From positions 1 to 44,464 of the IMG/VR virus record IMGVR_UViG_2571042862_000006: a DNA stretch of 44,464 nt. The stretch is one strand, 5' to 3'. Positions 40,062 to 44,464 of this stretch are shown here, piece after piece. Made by a program: the position numbers and the translations under genes. Numbering within the stretch: position 1 is the first letter of the stretch; every line of letters starts with the position of its first letter. The notes below the pieces were generated by a model, which saw only the letters and a list, made by a program, of their open reading frames with translations, made no database searches and was not told where the DNA came from. The stretch comes from a virus (Duplodnaviria > Heunggongvirae > Uroviricota > Caudoviricetes).

Positions 40062-41348
40062 ATGTCCAGAAATACCCTCAACAAATTAACAGACCGTCAG
40101 TGCAAAGCAGCTAAGCCACGAGACAAAACTTATAAATTGTCTGATGGTGGTGGTCTTTATCTTGAAGTATCCCAGACCGGGTCGAAGTATTGGCGAATGA
40201 AGTATCGCCGCCCATCAGATAAGAAAGAAGACAGACTTGCTTTTGGTGTATATCCAACCATTAGCTTACAAGACGCCAGAGAAAAACGAGACAACGCCAA
40301 AAAGTTGTTAGTCAAGGGGATAGATCCCAAAGCAGAGCAAAGAGCAGCAAAAGCAGAAGAAAAAGGCGCATTCACTTTTGAGACAATAGGACGTCAATGG
40401 GTTGAAAGCCACCAGATGTGGAACGAAGACCACCGAAAACGCGTACTTAGAAGCCTTGAAATGTATATTTTCCCTCACATTGGCACTTCGGATATTCGCA
40501 AACTGGAGGCGATGACAATTTTACCTTTGTTTAAGAAGGTAGATGACGCCGGGAAACACGATACAGCCAACCGACTTAAACAACGAGTTAAGGACATCAT
40601 ACATAGCGCCCGTCTGAGCGGCATTAAGACAGAAATCATCACGAATGATCTCGATGTCCGGTTAATGCAATATGAAACTAAGCATCATGCCGCACTACAT
40701 CCCAGAGATTTACCAGACTTTTTCACTCGATTGGGCAGCTTTAAAGGTAATCCTCTTACCCGCCTTGCCATTGAGCTAACCATGTTGACATTTGTTCGTT
40801 CAAGCGAGTTAAGGTTTGCCCGTTGGAAAGAGTTTGACCTTGATCGGGCTGAGTGGATTATCCCTAAAAAAAGAGAGCCTATCGATGGTGTGAGGTTTTC
40901 CACCCGTGGCACAAAAACGGGAAAAGACGAACATATCGTGCTTCTTAGCCGTCAGGCTGTTTCTATTGTAAAGCAGTTGAGAGAACTAAGCGGAAGCTAC
41001 GATGTTGTGTTTCCGAATGAAAGAAACACCAAAGGCGTGATGAGTGAAAACACGGTAAACAAGGCATTACGCTTAATGGGCTATAACACGCAAGAGGACG
41101 TAACTGGACATGGATTCCGTGCCACAGCCTGTAGTTCCCTGATGGAGTCCGGTTTGTGGCAGGAGGACGCAGTAGAGCGCCAGATGAGCCACAAAGAATA
41201 TAAAGACGTTAAAAGAGCCTACAAGCACAAGGCTGATTACTTAGAAGAGCGCAAACTAATGCTTCAATGGTGGGCAGATTATCTGGACGCCAATCGAGAA
41301 ATACATATAAGCCCTTACGAGTTCGGAAGGAGAACACGCCGTGACTAA
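40062..41348 (+). CDS. Tyrosine integrase, P4-like family (second integrase)
   Basis: 428 aa; N-terminal arm-binding region (LTDRQCKAAKPRDKTYKLSDGGGLYLEV) and catalytic region (HGFRATACS...MLQWWADYLD); clearly distinct from the integrase at 1..1158. Confidence 0.9.
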   Translation: MSRNTLNKLTDRQCKAAKPRDKTYKLSDGGGLYLEVSQTGSKYWRMKYRRPSDKKEDRLAFGVYPTISLQDAREKRDNAKKLLVKGIDPKAEQRAAKAEEKGAFTFETIGRQWVESHQMWNEDHRKRVLRSLEMYIFPHIGTSDIRKLEAMTILPLFKKVDDAGKHDTANRLKQRVKDIIHSARLSGIKTEIITNDLDVRLMQYETKHHAALHPRDLPDFFTRLGSFKGNPLTRLAIELTMLTFVRSSELRFARWKEFDLDRAEWIIPKKREPIDGVRFSTRGTKTGKDEHIVLLSRQAVSIVKQLRELSGSYDVVFPNERNTKGVMSENTVNKALRLMGYNTQEDVTGHGFRATACSSLMESGLWQEDAVERQMSHKEYKDVKRAYKHKADYLEERKLMLQWWADYLDANREIHISPYEFGRRTRRD

Positions 41349-41349
41349 G

Positions 41350-42096
41350 ATGACAGGACTAGATGCGTTTTATAACGAGTCAGAAGATAAAATCTGGTTT
41401 GGTAATCTGATCAGCGAACTGGCAAGACTAAACAATGAAAATGAAAGAATGATCGCTGCCGCTATCTTAAGTAACTACAGATTGAGCAAAGCTAAACCAG
41501 ATACTTTAGGGGGGCTGGGCTTTTATCAGTTCGATTGGGTATCAGGTTTTACAACTAATGACGACTTTGAAAAGCAGTGTGTGGAGTTTTTAGGTCTTCT
41601 GGCTATGGGGCATGAATACAGGGAGAGCCCGATACCGGGGGAAGAAGGGACTTTCAACGTTAGGAAAGGGGAAGACTTTTTATATCACGATGATGAGGAT
41701 GATTGGTATGGGTCTTACGATTCGTTTTATTTCAAGCGCTCCGAGGTTGTGAACTTCTTCCCAGAACTGGATATGAATGTTCCAGATAACGAACCAGAAA
41801 TTGGAGCACTGTCAAAAAAAGTAGAAAGAGAACAAAACTGGAGAGGAAAAGATACGGCTTTAAAGATGATCGCCGGAATGGCGATTGCCTTATTTGAATC
41901 AAGCAAAGATTTCCATAGTGGAGGAAACCTTAGTATCAATAGGGTTAGTGCCCAAGTAATAGAAAACAACATAATATTCGGGAACGATGAAGACAGCGAT
42001 ACCCACCCAGATACATTTCGGAGATTGCTAACGAACGCTTTGGATAAGTACGCCCCCAAATTTAAGAAAAAAGCAACCAAAAAGCGTCCAAAATAA
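41350..42096 (+). CDS. Hypothetical acidic protein in AT-rich DNA
   Basis: About 249-aa ORF beginning immediately after the integrase stop; no family recognised. Confidence 0.5.
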   Translation: MTGLDAFYNESEDKIWFGNLISELARLNNENERMIAAAILSNYRLSKAKPDTLGGLGFYQFDWVSGFTTNDDFEKQCVEFLGLLAMGHEYRESPIPGEEGTFNVRKGEDFLYHDDEDDWYGSYDSFYFKRSEVVNFFPELDMNVPDNEPEIGALSKKVEREQNWRGKDTALKMIAGMAIALFESSKDFHSGGNLSINRVSAQVIENNIIFGNDEDSDTHPDTFRRLLTNALDKYAPKFKKKATKKRPK

Positions 42097-42252
42097 AGGA
42101 AGGATGTTCCCAAATTGTGCGTTAGAACTAAAAAATAACGCCCAATTTGGGGTAATTCTATTCCCAAAAATTTTTTCTCCAAATTCACAGAAAACTTAAA
42201 AAAACAATGATTTACTATCTCACATAGTCAAGCAACGTATTACGAGGTAGAT

Positions 42253-42444
42253 ATGAAAAAGTCGCTGATTCGGCTATCTGAGGTTTTGAAACGCACTGGC
42301 TATAGCAAGGCGTGGGTATATGCTCTGATGAGCCGAGGACAATTCCCCCAATCAGTCAAGATTGGTGCTCGCGCAATAGCTTTTATTGAAAGCGAGATCG
42401 ATGACTGGATCGATCAACGTATAGCCGAATCGCGTAGTAACTAA
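42253..42444 (+). CDS. alpA: AlpA-family transcriptional regulator
   Basis: 63-aa HTH protein (LIRLSEVLKRTGYSKAWVYALMSRGQFPQSVKIGARAIAFIESEIDDWI) matching the AlpA consensus. Confidence 0.75.
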   Translation: MKKSLIRLSEVLKRTGYSKAWVYALMSRGQFPQSVKIGARAIAFIESEIDDWIDQRIAESRSN

Positions 42445-42492
42445 AGAACAGAAACAAACAGGATACAAACAATACGTTATTAGGTATTAAGA

Positions 42493-42684
42493 ATGCAGTT
42501 GAAACCTACCAATCAAAAGCTGAACGTAACCCATGTTGATTTTGAAACCTTCGCGGCACTGATTAGATCAGAGCCACAAAAGGTGAGCACCAGCACCTGG
42601 GTTTATGATGTGAAATCCACCAGCGGTGGAAAAGCTATCGGCATTGCCTCTGGCGATGATTACTTAGTAATAGATCTGATTTAA
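42493..42684 (+). CDS. Hypothetical protein, 63 aa
   Basis: ORF only. Confidence 0.35.
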   Translation: MQLKPTNQKLNVTHVDFETFAALIRSEPQKVSTSTWVYDVKSTSGGKAIGIASGDDYLVIDLI

Positions 42685-42765
42685 TCGCACAAAAATTGTA
42701 GAGTAATTTGGGGAGACAGGAAGTCTCCTCCATATTACATTTTGGTACAACAGTAAGGGAATAAA

Positions 42766-42960
42766 ATGATTAATTACCTGACCGCTAAAGACGCAGCAGA
42801 ATATCTTGGCGTCTGTCTGTCACGCTTCTATCAGTTAAAGCGATATATCCGAAGCTTTCCTCCCTATATAAATCAGACCATCAATGGACGCAAGCGCCGG
42901 GTGTGGCTTGCCTCCAGCCTTGATCAATTTGCCGACAGATTTCTGGGGGGACGAAAATGA
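42766..42960 (+). CDS. Small HTH DNA-binding protein
   Basis: LTAKDAAEYLGVCLSRFYQLKR resembles an HTH_17/excisionase-type helix-turn-helix. Confidence 0.5.
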   Translation: MINYLTAKDAAEYLGVCLSRFYQLKRYIRSFPPYINQTINGRKRRVWLASSLDQFADRFLGGRK

Positions 42961-43343
42961 GCACTCTTACACGCTCTCAGGTCGCCGCGAATATACGCGA
43001 TATCCTACTAAGTGGCAGGAAGCTTACCCCAAAAGAGTTTGACGACATATTAAGGAAAGCCGGAAATCACGAACGTAGTCGCGTTTTAACGCTGTTACGC
43101 AACGATTGGGGAATTCCTGTTGAGCAGTTTAAAACAGAGGCGTATCACGTCACAGAACGCAATTTAGAAGCATACCACAGCGATAAAGACGAAACATTGA
43201 AGATCTGGAGGACGAACGCCAGATATGTAAAGACATTGCGTAAGGTAAACATAACGTTGTCGTTGTTGCGTGGGCTGGTGGGTAAAGTGCCTGAAGACAC
43301 GCTTAGAACTGTTTACAAGGGTATTGAAACCAAATACCTGTGA
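42957..43343 (+). CDS. Hypothetical protein, 128 aa
   Basis: ORF with ATGA overlap to the upstream gene. Confidence 0.45.
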   Translation: MSTLTRSQVAANIRDILLSGRKLTPKEFDDILRKAGNHERSRVLTLLRNDWGIPVEQFKTEAYHVTERNLEAYHSDKDETLKIWRTNARYVKTLRKVNITLSLLRGLVGKVPEDTLRTVYKGIETKYL

Positions 43344-43411
43344 TTGACAAAGCAGAAAGCCGACTTTGCGAGAGTCGGCTTTGAAGCAATTGAAATATAT
43401 GAACTTTACAC

Positions 43412-44464
43412 ATGGAATTATACGATAAAGACGCGAGTCTATCCACAAAATCACAAGCCGTAATCAATCACATCAATGGTCGCACATTAGCTTATGTGAG
43501 ATCAGTTACGCACAAACGTAATGAATTAAAGGCGGAGAATAAACGCCAATCATCAAAGGCTAACCACTGCATACCACCAGCTTGGACAAAGAAGAAATGG
43601 CGTACAATGAGGCGAGCTTTGTTTACTCTGGATGTCGAATCAACTAGTGGTATCCCCTACTCCTTTACCTTCAGACCCGTTAAGGGAACAACGCCAGAGA
43701 AATTCAACAAAGCGTTAAAGGCACTTACCAGATGGTTGACTTCGAAAGGCAATCAGTGGGTTTACGTCATGGAGTGGGCTCAACACCAGTCAGAGCCGCA
43801 TGTACACGCAATAATTATGGTGAACGAAAGAAGCATTAATGGGCAAGCAGGCAAAATTGTCAGCAAATGGGTAACACTGGCAAACAATGCAATCCCATCA
43901 AATGTTCCTCCCCAGTGGGATCTAGATTTGAAAGGTCAGCAATATTCAGAGCCTACAAGGTGTATAGGTAAACAGATTGATTACATGGCAAAACCCGAAA
44001 CTAAGTTAAATGACTTTAATAGAGAGGCGAGCAAGAGCCTATATGATTGGTCAGATGCCAACGTTTGGGGTTATTCGAATGGCTGGGCGCGGCATGAGAT
44101 AAAAAAAGAAACACTTTCTATCACTGGCTTTCATGCTGTAAGACGCATACTAAAAGCCATTCAGGCATCAAGGAAAGACAACTACAAAGTTAAGCGACAG
44201 ATACAGCGTACATTGAAACGACAAGACATAAATCGCTCACCAATCACCCCGTTCCAAGCACCGTTAATTAGCAAACACGATTGGGATTTATCAGTGATAG
44301 CGGTCACCAAAGAGGCAGAGACAGAGCGCAGGGAGTTACTATCCTCACAGACAATAAACTCGAACAAAGTACAAACCCACCCGCTGTTAAGGATGTTAAG
44401 AAAAGCACGAGTGAGAGCATCCAGAGCCAGAAGAGAAAGCGGAGGTTATGACCATTACTACTAG
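43412..44464 (+). CDS. Candidate rolling-circle replication initiator (HUH endonuclease superfamily)
   Basis: HUH-like motif (EPHVHAIIMV) and downstream Tyr motif (IDYMAKPETK); basic C-terminal tail; ORF ends at the last base of the window. Confidence 0.5.
   Translation: MELYDKDASLSTKSQAVINHINGRTLAYVRSVTHKRNELKAENKRQSSKANHCIPPAWTKKKWRTMRRALFTLDVESTSGIPYSFTFRPVKGTTPEKFNKALKALTRWLTSKGNQWVYVMEWAQHQSEPHVHAIIMVNERSINGQAGKIVSKWVTLANNAIPSNVPPQWDLDLKGQQYSEPTRCIGKQIDYMAKPETKLNDFNREASKSLYDWSDANVWGYSNGWARHEIKKETLSITGFHAVRRILKAIQASRKDNYKVKRQIQRTLKRQDINRSPITPFQAPLISKHDWDLSVIAVTKEAETERRELLSSQTINSNKVQTHPLLRMLRKARVRASRARRESGGYDHYY

Larger units (their letters stand above)
39882..44464. mobile_element. Second integrase-led integrative element (P4/PICI-like), truncated by the window end
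   Basis: P4-family integrase beginning 165 bp after a tRNA 3'-end fragment, followed co-directionally by an AT-rich unknown gene, an AlpA-family regulator and a candidate HUH Rep. Confidence 0.55.

Overview
The window is almost entirely one P22-like (short-tailed, lambdoid) prophage of an Escherichia/Shigella-type host, read in reverse orientation, followed by the start of a second integrase-led element. Evidence standard: protein identities come from reading the supplied ORF translations against remembered family sequences and motifs; no database search or computation was run. Coordinates of small motifs were indexed by hand and may be off by 1-2 bp.

Layout, left to right:
- 1..1158: a P4-family tyrosine integrase (IntS-like) at the left prophage end.
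- 1159..2780: an AT-rich cargo pair (DUF1796-like putative cysteine peptidase, SGNH/GDSL hydrolase) where P22-like phages usually carry O-antigen conversion genes.
- 2783..19361 (minus strand): the full P22-type virion module, in order tailspike, ejection proteins gp16/gp20/gp7, gp14, tail needle, gp10, gp4, coat, scaffold, portal, TerL, TerS.
- 19391..23459 (minus strand): two hypothetical genes, an AT-rich T5orf172-domain gene in the lambda bor position, a lambda-type lysis cassette (S, R, Rz/Rz1) and a Q-family antiterminator.
- 23450..30056 (minus strand): nin region (NinB/E/F/G/H, phosphatase, orphan N6-adenine methyltransferase), DnaB-like helicase, O-like initiator with ori iterons, cII and cro.
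- 30165..39809 (plus strand): cI repressor, a two-gene AT-rich cassette in the rexAB position, OL/pL, nutL, N, early-left accessory genes (RecT, Gp157-like, Ead/Ea22-like, DUF551 and others) and a TorI-type excisionase.
- 39882..39897: a 16-bp match to the 3' end of tRNA-Arg argW, interpreted as the prophage attR core.
- 40062..44464: a second P4-family integrase followed by an AT-rich unknown gene, an AlpA regulator and a candidate HUH rolling-circle Rep, interpreted as a tandem island at the same tRNA locus.

The best candidate for an undescribed system is the two-gene operon at 30935..31774, which sits exactly where lambda carries rexA-rexB. Other leads are the integrase-proximal cargo pair, the T5orf172-domain moron, the hexanucleotide-repeat gene between coat and gp4, and the AT-rich gene next to the second integrase.
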